A stretch of 29,070 nt of DNA from a virus. The notes under the pieces are model-generated. The model was not told the DNA's origin and searched no databases. It saw only the letters and a list, made by a program, of their open reading frames with translations. How positions within the stretch are numbered: position 1 is the first letter of the stretch; every line of letters begins with the position of its first letter. Where the stretch lies: IMG/VR virus record IMGVR_UViG_3300010274_000145; one strand, given 5' to 3'. The position numbers were made by a program, and so were the translations under genes. Shown here one piece after another: positions 1 through 7,942 of this stretch.

Positions 1-285
1 GCAGTTTGAACCATCTTCTAAGTTTTGTAATGTATGCGGCTATCATAATAAGGAATTGACTTTAGCAGTTCGAGAATGGACTTGTCCGTCTTGTAATACT
101 TCTCATGATAGAGATGTTAATGCGGCAATTAACATTAAGAAGTTTTCACTTCAAGATCAGAACTTAGTAGGCGTTTAAAAAAAGAAATTTGCACCGTAGG
201 AACTACGGGGTGAGCTTGTTGACTTATGAACGATGGTTCAAGGAATGAAACAAGAATCCCCTTCGTTTACGGAGGGGTAGTTCAA
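1..285 (+). mobile_element. Right part of an IS200/IS605-family element, including the right-end hairpin and probable omega-RNA scaffold region
   Basis: tnpB 3' end, then hairpin CCCCTTCG-TTTA-CGGAGGGG (258-277), then TTCAA (281-285), the usual right-end arrangement. A coding-like frame resumes at 286. Confidence 0.8.
2..178 (+). CDS. tnpB: TnpB (IS200/IS605 family RNA-guided nuclease), C-terminal part only; gene starts upstream of the window
   Basis: Frame 2 reads [58 protein letters not shown]. This has the CxxC...CxxC zinc ribbon and the HDRDxNAAxNI RuvC-III motif typical of TnpB. Confidence 0.93.
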   Translation, partial: QFEPSSKFCNVCGYHNKELTLAVREWTCPSCNTSHDRDVNAAINIKKFSLQDQNLVGV

Positions 286-375
286 GCAAAACGTGGTATA
301 GAAGTAAGTCAAGCGACTGTTTCACGGAGAATTACAGAACTGCAAACACAGAAGAAGTGTCGTAAGATGAAGTAA
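286..375 (+). pseudogene. 3' remnant of an HTH-protein gene interrupted by the IS
   Basis: Directly after TTCAA the frame reads AKRGIEVSQATVSRRITELQTQKKCRKMK*, with no start codon. GIEVSQATVSRRITEL is a helix-turn-helix recognition-helix pattern. Confidence 0.55.
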
Positions 376-634
376 TTAGTTTTTTAATATTATAATATTA
401 AGTTATCTTTATATCTCCTGCTACTTTTTTTCAGATAGGGGCTAATTGTTGAGCTTAATTTTTCCTTTCGTGGTTCTTTTTCAGATTGGATTTCTGGAAG
501 TGGGTCGTCGTCTTCCATACATCCTATTTCATTGAAAGGAGTATATATATATAGTATGTGACTATTAGCACATTTAGATAAACTTAAATAGGATAATAGC
601 GTACTATTTTTGTCAGCTAATTGAGGTTAAATCG

Positions 635-802
635 ATGGCAAAAACTAACATTAAAAGAACGCTAAGATTTCCAAAAACCGATGATAATTATTTACATAGT
701 TTGTGGGAAACTGGCGAATATACAACCCTTAACGCTGCATATACAGATGCCGTGAAGCGTGGGATAAGGGCAATGAAACGAGAAAAAAGTCAATATAAAT
801 AA
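635..802 (+). CDS. Small ribbon-helix-helix-like DNA-binding protein (55 aa; not in ORF track)
   Basis: MAKTNIKRTLRFPKTDDNYLHSLWETGEYTTLNAAYTDAVKRGIRAMKREKSQYK. GAGGT RBS at 623-627; alternating beta-strand followed by two helices. Confidence 0.65.
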   Translation: MAKTNIKRTLRFPKTDDNYLHSLWETGEYTTLNAAYTDAVKRGIRAMKREKSQYK

Positions 803-834
803 CCCCCTGTTAATCCTCCGGCAGGGGGCATCAT

Positions 835-905
835 GCCATATAGCACCCATAAACCTGTGTTGACCAACTGGGTGGGCTTGAGGGGTTCGAATCCTCGGTG
901 TGGCA
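835..905 (+). ncRNA. tRNA-like structured RNA or degenerate tRNA (71 nt)
   Basis: GCCATAT (835-841) pairs with GTGTGGC (898-904), followed by A905. A T-loop GG-TTCGAAT-CC lies at the canonical distance (884-894). The D and anticodon arms are non-canonical. Confidence 0.4.
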
Positions 906-958
906 TCTCCGAGAGGAGAAAAGGATATTTCCAGTGTAAAAAATAAGGAGCCAACAAG

Positions 959-1129
959 ATGAGAAATGCAGTTGAATCAATTGCAGAATCATTGAAAATC
1001 ATTGCTGAGAAACCGCCTGTAGGGTTTACCTTAGATATGACAGACGGTTTTAACAAAGCCTCTGAAAATTTAAGAGATCTTGTTTTAGCTGATGCCCGAA
1101 ATAAAAAAAATTCGGGGGCGGGACTATGA
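959..1129 (+). CDS. Hypothetical protein (56 aa; not in ORF track)
   Basis: MRNAVESIAESLKIIAEKPPVGFTLDMTDGFNKASENLRDLVLADARNKKNSGAGL. AAGGAG upstream; its TGA overlaps the next ATG (ATGA at 1126-1129). Confidence 0.6.
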   Translation: MRNAVESIAESLKIIAEKPPVGFTLDMTDGFNKASENLRDLVLADARNKKNSGAGL

Positions 1130-1569
1130 GCCACGAAGAAGCTCTGAAACTTGATGTCCTCATGGGACTGCAAAAGGAAGACTTGAAGCCTCAGAAAAAG
1201 AAGAATTCTGCCCCTGCAAAAAATAAGGCTCGTGTGGGCATGAGAAAATCACGCTTCGCAGAATCCCTCATTAAAGCTCGCTCTAAAGGGAAATCCCCTT
1301 CTGTCATTTCCCTTTACGGTATCCACCGTGTCACTATTAAGCCTAGTGACGAAATGAAAGAAATCCTTGAGGAAATTAACAAATCTCTCAAGAAACTTGC
1401 CAACTCGGATAAGTCAACTTCCCAGATTGTCCAGGAAGTCCTTTCTCAGCCTCTTGGTGAGCCTGGAACTACAGAAGAGATAGACGAACCTGCTGAACTG
1501 TCAGGAGTTAATACAGAAGCTCTCAGCATGAAGAAGGGGGGTGTTAAATGCAGATATCTCCTGCTATAA
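1126..1569 (+). CDS. Hypothetical protein, basic N-terminal half
   Basis: 147-aa ORF overlapping both neighbours on the same strand. No family recognised. Confidence 0.7.
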   Translation: MSHEEALKLDVLMGLQKEDLKPQKKKNSAPAKNKARVGMRKSRFAESLIKARSKGKSPSVISLYGIHRVTIKPSDEMKEILEEINKSLKKLANSDKSTSQIVQEVLSQPLGEPGTTEEIDEPAELSGVNTEALSMKKGGVKCRYLLL

Positions 1570-1766
1570 ATCCTGCTATAAATGTGGACCTGGATGGATA
1601 TCTCAGGCGATTCAAACGACCTGAAGAATACCGCCCAAAAGTACTAAAAATAATTGAAATGTCTAAAGAAGGCAGGACTCTTGAGGAAATCCGAAACACT
1701 GTCAAAATGAGCAGAGGAAATATTAATTCTGCTCGGAGATGGGGCAGACAGGCGGGGTTGTGGTAA
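1548..1766 (+). CDS. Small HTH DNA-binding protein (paralog of 1972-2178)
   Basis: KIIEMSKEGRTLEEIRNTVKMSRGNINSARRWGRQAGLW is an HTH pattern. GGGGTG RBS upstream. Confidence 0.7.
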   Translation: MQISPAINPAINVDLDGYLRRFKRPEEYRPKVLKIIEMSKEGRTLEEIRNTVKMSRGNINSARRWGRQAGLW

Positions 1767-1767
1767 T

Positions 1768-1971
1768 ATGGCAGTCGATAACCAATATGCCCGCCCTGTA
1801 ATCGCTTGCGCTGCGGAAATTCGAGGTACTGCTATCTGTCATTTAGGCGGTAAATGTTCCGTTTGTGAGTTCGCCAGGAGGTACGAGCATCCAGAAGAGA
1901 CACCGCTATTCTTCCAGGAGCTTGTTAAGAGGGCAGAAGAAACGAGAAAAGAGATGAACGGGGTGGTTTAA
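1768..1971 (+). CDS. Small Cys-containing hypothetical protein (possible metal binding)
   Basis: C-x9-C-x5-C-x2-C. Tightly packed in the operon with a G-rich RBS. Confidence 0.62.
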   Translation: MAVDNQYARPVIACAAEIRGTAICHLGGKCSVCEFARRYEHPEETPLFFQELVKRAEETRKEMNGVV

Positions 1972-2178
1972 ATGCCCCTTACCGATGCTGAAGAACTCAA
2001 ACTTTCAGAATATTTTGAACTGTATGGGATCAAGCCATCCAGACAGGAACGAGTTAGGACTATTGCGAGAATGTCGAGCAATGGACACTCGATCAAAGAG
2101 ATATATGCTGAGGTGAAGGGGAGCATGGGGGATCTTATAGAGCATATGAGTAAGTTGAGAAGATGGGGGGTATGGTAA
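1972..2178 (+). CDS. Small HTH DNA-binding protein (paralog of 1548-1766)
   Basis: RTIARMSSNGHSIKEIYAEVKGSMGDLIEHMSKLRRWGVW. GGGGTG RBS. Confidence 0.7.
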   Translation: MPLTDAEELKLSEYFELYGIKPSRQERVRTIARMSSNGHSIKEIYAEVKGSMGDLIEHMSKLRRWGVW

Positions 2179-2179
2179 T

Positions 2180-2350
2180 ATGCCTGTTATAGTGAAATGG
2201 AAACCGAGAGACGTTGTTTTAACTAAAGAGTTTCCTACTGAAGAAGAAGCGAATAATTTTAAAAAGAATTGCAGGTCACTTGGGATTAAGGTAATCGGTT
2301 CTGAAACGCAAGAAAAAATGATTAATACAATTGAGTGGCCCAGAATATGA
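2180..2350 (+). CDS. Hypothetical protein (56 aa; not in ORF track)
   Basis: MPVIVKWKPRDVVLTKEFPTEEEANNFKKNCRSLGIKVIGSETQEKMINTIEWPRI. Same TGGTAATATG junction as at 1761-1770. Confidence 0.6.
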   Translation: MPVIVKWKPRDVVLTKEFPTEEEANNFKKNCRSLGIKVIGSETQEKMINTIEWPRI

Positions 2351-2395
2351 CTCTTGAAGTGCGGCGACCCACTGAAAAACGATCTCCTTCTTTTT

Positions 2396-2483
2396 TAAAA
2401 AATGTGCTATACATCACATTATTTTTTCAATGTCGGCAGCCATTATTAAAAATGAGTATATAAAAAATGTGCTATCTGTCACA
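2396..2483. promoter_or_regulatory. Two operator-like boxes TAAAAAATGTGCTAT...TCACA
   Basis: 15-bp direct repeat at 2396-2410 and 2461-2475. Each continues into an imperfect dyad TGTGC-N6-TCACA (2403-2418, 2468-2483). Confidence 0.5.
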
Positions 2484-2612
2484 AATGAGAATACTTATAT
2501 ATGTTGACAACTATATGAGTTTTGGACATCTCAAAATTCTGAACGAAAAACAGTAAACTCCTTTGTCGAACCTCTTCCTTCGAAACTCTGAAAAACAGCC
2601 GGTTAGTTAGAA

Positions 2613-2650
2613 ACCCTGGGGCACGGAGCCAACATGAGATGCCCCAGGGT
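2613..2650. repeat. GC-rich perfect 11-bp inverted repeat
   Basis: ACCCTGGGGCA (2613-2623), 16-nt loop, TGCCCCAGGGT (2640-2650), in an AT-rich intergenic region. Confidence 0.8.
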
Positions 2651-2956
2651 CTTACTTTTCTATAAGGCCATAACAGATACAACCTTACAAGGACCATATC
2701 TCTGTTTTATATTATAAATAAGTTTTCTTTTATACCATTTTATTTTTAACAGTGCGTAACATATATTAGAATATATATTCAGTATGTAGAGTCTTGTTTT
2801 AGTGTGAAATTATTTTAAAATTGTGGTTTTTATATTTAGTGGGTTACAGTGTGAAATATATTTGGAGATTTTTATTTAATTTTTTGGATAAGTGGGAAAC
2901 CTTATATACTTTTGTGTAATATACTCACTATACATAAAATATAGGAGGTGTGCCAT

Positions 2957-3112
2957 GTGGCGAGAACTAACATATGGATACCTGACGAAATAAAAGTAAA
3001 AATTGACGCTTATAATAAGAATCACAAATATGCTAAAATCAACGTTAGTAAAATTGCACAGGACGCTATAGTTAAAGCATTGTCTGAAGTAGAGAATACT
3101 GCAAGAGCATAA
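2957..3112 (+). CDS. Ribbon-helix-helix (CopG/antitoxin-like) regulator (51 aa; not in ORF track)
   Basis: GTG start 6 nt after GGAGGTG (2944-2950). MARTNIWIPDEIKVKIDAYNKNHKYAKINVSKIAQDAIVKALSEVENTARA has the RTNIxIPD strand and the NVSKIAQDAI second helix. Confidence 0.78.
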   Translation: MARTNIWIPDEIKVKIDAYNKNHKYAKINVSKIAQDAIVKALSEVENTARA

Positions 3113-3215
3113 AAATAAATAAAAGAATACTCATAAAAGAAGGTTAGAATATGGAAATAACAGGAGCCAACATAGTTACTACTATTTTTCAAAGAAATGA
3201 AGGGAGGGTTTAATT

Positions 3216-3494
3216 ATGCCCTACTTAGACCCATTCCCTGAAGATAACCCCAGTAATTTTAAGATTGTCAAGCCGGGGTATATAGAGGAATATCTGAAAG
3301 ATGCGCCTCTCACGGATTGTCAAAAACAATTCATTGAATGTATAAAAGACCCTGTAATTTTATCTTTGTTGAATCTGTTTCTCCTTGAGAAAGTTGTTCC
3401 ATTATCCACGATTAAAGAACAGGAGCGCGTTCTTGAAAATCTGAGTGAAGAGATGGAAAAATGGGTACATGAGAGGGGATTTGATGACCTCTAA
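3216..3494 (+). CDS. Hypothetical protein
   Basis: 92-aa ORF with GGAGGG RBS; overlaps the next gene. Confidence 0.65.
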   Translation: MPYLDPFPEDNPSNFKIVKPGYIEEYLKDAPLTDCQKQFIECIKDPVILSLLNLFLLEKVVPLSTIKEQERVLENLSEEMEKWVHERGFDDL

Positions 3495-4161
3495 ACCGGG
3501 GCTTTTACTTATGGGGTCATCAAAAGAAAGGCAGTTTTTAGACTTGTGGAATGATCCAGAACTAAAGCCGGTAATCGAGAGCCAAATAGGTAAATACCTG
3601 CTTTCGGATGCGGGGCGAAGTATAATATCAGATGTTTTTTTCTCGATGCTTGGGGAAACAAGACTACTTAAACGGGTCGGGCTTCTCGAAGCATATACAG
3701 GACTAGACGTTGATACTCATTGCGTCGGATCTGATTGGGAATGGGAAGAAATGAGCTCGGTTGAAAGGGAGATGTACCCGGAGAATAAAAAAATCGTAGT
3801 ACAACCTCTAAACGCTCAACTTTCCCTTATTGCTGATAGGATCAATGATGTTTCATTACCTGTCCTTAAAGAAACTGTGATCATCTCTGCAAACGAAACT
3901 GAGGTACGGGCACGACTCCTTAAAGATAAGCTCTCCTCTGTGCCCTACCGGAACGGAAAAAAGTTCATGTTGGGAACAGAAGTTCAAAAGTTTCTACTTC
4001 ACGAAATTGCCGAGGATCACAGGGCAAATGAGAAAGGAATAAGGCAAACTGCAAAAGACGTAATGAAAAAGGCAGTTGAACAATTTCCTAATGAAGTGAG
4101 ACTCGGAAAGAACGAGAAAAAAAGAAACTTTATTGAATATATCGAAAAGCCATATAACTAA
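3484..4161 (+). CDS. Hypothetical protein, candidate replication initiator (basic, possibly wHTH-like C-terminus)
   Basis: Start moved from 3445 to ATG 3484 (after GAGAGGGG). The function is inferred only from the repeat field that begins right after the stop codon. Confidence 0.65.
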   Translation: MTSKPGLLLMGSSKERQFLDLWNDPELKPVIESQIGKYLLSDAGRSIISDVFFSMLGETRLLKRVGLLEAYTGLDVDTHCVGSDWEWEEMSSVEREMYPENKKIVVQPLNAQLSLIADRINDVSLPVLKETVIISANETEVRARLLKDKLSSVPYRNGKKFMLGTEVQKFLLHEIAEDHRANEKGIRQTAKDVMKKAVEQFPNEVRLGKNEKKRNFIEYIEKPYN

Positions 4162-4163
4162 AT

Positions 4164-4465
4164 GTTGTAAGTTCTAACTTACAAGAATGTAAGTTTGTGT
4201 AAGGACTTACTTACAACTCAGCGACTAAGAAGGAGAGAAAAAGGAAGGATTTGAGGTAAAATGTAACACAAAAAGAAAAGCTAAAAAAATAAAGATGAAA
4301 ACTTGACTAAAAATGTCGTATAACATCTTTGAATAATATAAATAGAATAATACGAATAGCTTAGAATGTGTTACGATTTCATGTGTTAGATTAGTAAGGT
4401 TTGAGTAACCCGCTTACAGATTTTTTAATTCTTGTAAGTAAGAACTTACAAGAACTTACAAGAAT
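4164..4465. repeat. Iteron-like ACTTACAA(G) direct and inverted repeats in two clusters
   Basis: TTGTAAGTT-ct-AACTTACAA (4165-4184); further copies at 4188-4195 and 4209-4217; ATTCTTGTAAGT (4428-4439); AGAACTTACA x2 (4441-4460). Confidence 0.75.
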
Positions 4466-4567
4466 TCTTGTTAAGAAATGAGACAAATGTGTTATCTTGA
4501 TGAAAATCGCTTGAAGTTCTTAAATAAACAACTTAAGAAAAAATTGGAGCTATATCGAGGTGTCTAA

Positions 4568-4873
4568 ATGCGCTTAATGAATGTCTCAGAATCAAGATAT
4601 CATTATCTCCCAGATGAAATAAAACTGAAACGGGCTAAAATGTTTGTCAAGCTCGCTACATTGCTGGAAATGGGACAACTTGAAAACCCAGATAAAATAT
4701 GGAACTATCTTGATTCTCATATGATAGAAGACGATCTCGAGTATATGACTATCGAGGAACTTATACTCATGAGGTCTAAGGGATTTGTAGATGACTCTAA
4801 AATTTATGATCTTTTCCCTGAAGAATTCGATTATCTTGACGGGATTCCGGTTTTGATGTGGGATGATCTATAA
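4568..4873 (+). CDS. Hypothetical acidic protein
   Basis: 101-aa ORF with GAGGTG RBS; stop overlaps the next start. Confidence 0.68.
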   Translation: MRLMNVSESRYHYLPDEIKLKRAKMFVKLATLLEMGQLENPDKIWNYLDSHMIEDDLEYMTIEELILMRSKGFVDDSKIYDLFPEEFDYLDGIPVLMWDDL

Positions 4874-5205
4874 TGTTACTCTCTGACATCATCCCTAGCA
4901 TCCAGCCAACTCCAAAAACTCCAATATTCAGCTCCATAAAGAAAAAAGCACCCACAAAACCGCTTCTGCACAAACAGAAAGCCGTCATGGACTGGGATTA
5001 CAAACTGCCTGATCCTGGCATAGAAGCGTACAACATTCCAGAAGAAAGCCGGACAAGACACGAATCTCCGTGTATGTCGGCATTCTGGAGACGAATACCG
5101 ATTAAAATAAACTGGGTTAAAGTCTTTGAATTGATTAATGACGAAGCAGCACATGAAGAACACGATGAGAAACCAGAAGAGGAGGAAGAACAATGTCAAT
5201 ACTAA
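4873..5205 (+). CDS. Hypothetical protein
   Basis: 110-aa ORF, TAATG-coupled to the upstream gene. Confidence 0.6.
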   Translation: MLLSDIIPSIQPTPKTPIFSSIKKKAPTKPLLHKQKAVMDWDYKLPDPGIEAYNIPEESRTRHESPCMSAFWRRIPIKINWVKVFELINDEAAHEEHDEKPEEEEEQCQY

Positions 5206-5303
5206 TAATCTACAACACTGGAAGCAAATGTCACGAAATGGGATTAGCCGAGAAAGCCCGGATCTACCGGGAGTTTGCATATAACAAGCTGGGGAATAAG
5301 TAA
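5193..5303 (+). CDS. Possible 36-aa microprotein (not in ORF track)
   Basis: MSILIIYNTGSKCHEMGLAEKARIYREFAYNKLGNK, preceded by GGAGGAAG. Short, so weakly supported. Confidence 0.35.
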   Translation: MSILIIYNTGSKCHEMGLAEKARIYREFAYNKLGNK

Positions 5304-5377
5304 TAATCTCCTTATTTTTAATTTCCTTTAAATAGTAACATAATAAAATAAAAGATAATATATTGAAAGGTGCGAAG

Positions 5378-5815
5378 ATGGCGGTCCAGAAAAAAAAGAA
5401 ACCAAAGAAGAAAACTTCTGAAAATTCAAATAAATTAGAAGTTTTTACATGGACTCCAAAAAGAAAACAAGCCGCTCTTTTACTATCTGAAGGCACTAAA
5501 ACTTATGAAGAAGTCGCTGAAGCGGTTAGAATCCATATTTCAACACTCTGGTTATGGAGACAGAACGATATTTTTTTAAAAGAAGTTGACAGGCTCACTT
5601 TTGAAAACGAGAAAGCAACTAGGGCGGGAATTCTAAGAAAAGCTCTAAAAGCATTAGATATCAAAGAAAATAACATTTCCGAAGATAAAAATACATTCCT
5701 CGATTATCTGGAATTTATTATTAAAATCATTCCTGAAGATACAAAAGACGACGACGATAAACTCAATGCTCTTGCAGAAGCAATTAAACAGAGTGCAAAG
5801 AAGGTAGGAAAATAA
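5378..5815 (+). CDS. terS: Terminase small subunit (N-terminal HTH)
   Basis: WTPKRKQAALLLSEGTKTYEEVAEAVRIHISTLWLWRQNDIF is an HTH. TAATG-coupled to the large terminase. ATG 5378 follows AAGGTG. Confidence 0.8.
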   Translation: MAVQKKKKPKKKTSENSNKLEVFTWTPKRKQAALLLSEGTKTYEEVAEAVRIHISTLWLWRQNDIFLKEVDRLTFENEKATRAGILRKALKALDIKENNISEDKNTFLDYLEFIIKIIPEDTKDDDDKLNALAEAIKQSAKKVGK

Positions 5816-7080
5816 TGGCTTTCACTCCAGGACTTTTCTCAGAAAAACAGCTTGACGTAATGGCTAACTGTACAGCCAACGTCAATATTCTTGAGGGGTC
5901 TGTACGATCTGGAAAAACAATAGCTTCTCTTCTCGCGTTTATCACAGCTTTGGCAGACTACCCCAAAGGGGTAAATATCCTGCTAGCAGGGAAAACTACT
6001 AGATCTCTTTTTAGAAATATAATCAAGCCACTTGAGGATATAGTAGGGAAAACGTATACTAAATTTAAACTCGGTATAGGGGAAGGGACTATTTTCGGCA
6101 GGTCCTTCTATGCAGTAGGAGCAAACGATGAGAGAGCATATACAAAGATACAAGGGCTTACATTAAGCTTGGCTTATGGCGATGAGGTAGCAACATGGCC
6201 AGAAAGCTTCTTTAAAATGCTTCTTTCTAGGCTTTCAGATTTTAACGCTCGATTCATAGGGACAACTAACCCAGAAGGCCCATATCACTGGCTCAAGGTT
6301 GAATATCTCGATAGAGAAGAAGAACTCGATTTAAAAAGCTGGCATTTCAATCTAGAAGATAACCTCAATCTTCCAAAGGCCTACGTGGAAAACCTTAAAA
6401 AACTCTATACCGGTCTATGGTTCAAGCGGTATATCCAGGGGTTATGGGTACTAGCCGAAGGCACAGTTTATGACATGTTCAATGAAACGTATCACGTCAA
6501 AGACATTACAAAAGAAACATGGGATAACTGCATTTCAAAATACGTTTCGATTGACTATGGCACTATAAACCCATGCGTATTTCATTTATGGGGGGTTTCT
6601 GAAGGCAAACGATATCTAAAAAAAGAATACTACTACGATTCTAAGGTAAAAGGCAGGCAGAAAACAGATAAAGAATTCGTGGCGGATCTTAAAGAATTCA
6701 TAGGTGAAGATAAAATAAAGTATGTAATTGTCGATCCTTCAGCAGCATCTTTTAAAACCGAATTACGGGAAAACGGGTTTCATGTAGTAGATGCAATAAA
6801 CGACGTTCTAGACGGTATTAGAGCAACGTCGAAAGAATTGATGGAGAAACTTATAATTATTGATAAGTCTTGTATAAACACAATTATGGAATTCGGAGGG
6901 TACGTTTGGGACGTTAAAGCGTGTATGCGGGGGGACGAGAAACCACTAAAACAATCAGATCACTGTATGGATTCGTTAAGGTATTTTATAATGACGGTTC
7001 CTTTGAAACCTGTCATCTCTTATGCTTATGAAACATCATACGTCGGGACTTCATACAGTTCAGGGAGCATGAGAATTTAA
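5815..7080 (+). CDS. terL: Phage terminase large subunit, PBSX-like
   Basis: Walker A GSVRSGKT, Walker B AYGDEVA, coupling motif GTTNP, and RNase H-like nuclease residues (SIDYG, IVDPSA, DHCMDSLRY). Confidence 0.95.
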   Translation: MAFTPGLFSEKQLDVMANCTANVNILEGSVRSGKTIASLLAFITALADYPKGVNILLAGKTTRSLFRNIIKPLEDIVGKTYTKFKLGIGEGTIFGRSFYAVGANDERAYTKIQGLTLSLAYGDEVATWPESFFKMLLSRLSDFNARFIGTTNPEGPYHWLKVEYLDREEELDLKSWHFNLEDNLNLPKAYVENLKKLYTGLWFKRYIQGLWVLAEGTVYDMFNETYHVKDITKETWDNCISKYVSIDYGTINPCVFHLWGVSEGKRYLKKEYYYDSKVKGRQKTDKEFVADLKEFIGEDKIKYVIVDPSAASFKTELRENGFHVVDAINDVLDGIRATSKELMEKLIIIDKSCINTIMEFGGYVWDVKACMRGDEKPLKQSDHCMDSLRYFIMTVPLKPVISYAYETSYVGTSYSSGSMRI

Positions 7081-7154
7081 TTTTTTTTCGTTGGTATATT
7101 TGCGTTAAGCTTATATAATATTTGCGTTATAACACTTTACACAGGAGGTGAACC

Positions 7155-7325
7155 GTGAAAAAAAGAAAATTCAAACTTGAAAAATACGAAACCCCCCGAG
7201 ACATAACTATAAAAAACGTAGTCTACGAAACAGCCGGAACCGTAACAGACCGAGGGTTTGTTTATGTCTCATCACTTCCAGAATTCAAAGGAAAGAAGGT
7301 GATAATGTTAATTCAGGATCAATAA
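7155..7325 (+). CDS. Small DUF2080-like (AbrB-fold-like) protein (56 aa; not in ORF track)
   Basis: GTG after GGAGGTG. MKKRKFKLEKYETPRDITIKNVVYETAGTVTDRGFVYVSSLPEFKGKKVIMLIQDQ resembles the archaeal DUF2080 pattern VxExxxT...P.e..GKKV..li. Confidence 0.65.
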   Translation: MKKRKFKLEKYETPRDITIKNVVYETAGTVTDRGFVYVSSLPEFKGKKVIMLIQDQ

Positions 7326-7942
7326 CCCTTTCTCAATTAATCTGTAAGTCCAGAAACATCCAGCCAGACCAGGGCAACATACAAGGAACTTGTGTTTATT
7401 GCGGTCTGCCTACGGACCGCGGTCACAAATTCGAGCCCACCGGGCAATTCACAACCTATCAACTCATTCTAGGCGGTTCCTGTATATGTCCAGAGTGCAA
7501 TGTAATGAAAAATAGCCAGGATTACAGGCGGTCAATGTGGACCGTAAACCCAGACGAATTCCGACCATTCAAACAGGTTGAAGCTAAGAACATCTTACAA
7601 AATCCCCCAGAGCCTCCCTTTGTAATGTACTTTACCCAAACATGGAAAAAACAAGGATGGCCTGGACTTGTAAACCGGGTAAACACAGATAAAAATTATT
7701 TCATAGTTGGATATGATTACGAACTTGTTTTAGTCGAGGCTGGAAAAAGGGATAACTATCTAGATTTTGCTCAGTCCTTGATTGATAGAGGACTAAATAA
7801 AACGGAATTGTTAACAGGAGAACTCAAAGCGAAGTCATATGATAAAATCGATTTTTCCGAGGCTGAACGACTCAAAGAACTATCCAATGATCCCCTTTGG
7901 GATTTATGTGTTTATGTTACGAGGAAGAACTATGATAAGTGA
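7322..7942 (+). CDS. csf1: Type IV CRISPR Csf1 (Cas8-like) large subunit with N-terminal Zn finger; apparent ATA start
   Basis: The frame is open upstream of ATG 7505 and encodes (I/M)TLSQLICKSRNIQPDQGNIQGTCVYCGLPTDRGHKFEPTGQFTTYQLILGGSCICPECNVMKNSQ, with CxxC...CxxC. It is first of the four effector genes. Confidence 0.75.
   Translation: MTLSQLICKSRNIQPDQGNIQGTCVYCGLPTDRGHKFEPTGQFTTYQLILGGSCICPECNVMKNSQDYRRSMWTVNPDEFRPFKQVEAKNILQNPPEPPFVMYFTQTWKKQGWPGLVNRVNTDKNYFIVGYDYELVLVEAGKRDNYLDFAQSLIDRGLNKTELLTGELKAKSYDKIDFSEAERLKELSNDPLWDLCVYVTRKNYDK

Noticed and set aside
835-905. Functional tRNA or attachment-site tRNA fragment
   Set aside because: Invariant U8, D-loop GG and U33 are absent and the anticodon stem is mismatched. 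No second copy or integrase is in the window. Kept only as tRNA-like.
790-1173. Minus-strand 127-aa ORF
   Set aside because: Antisense to the coupled plus-strand genes 959-1129 and 1126-1569; no RBS or motif.
4797-5496. Minus-strand ORFs 4797-4988 and 4876-5496
   Set aside because: Shadow ORFs opposite A-rich plus-strand genes, including terS; Phe-rich composition is an artefact of this.
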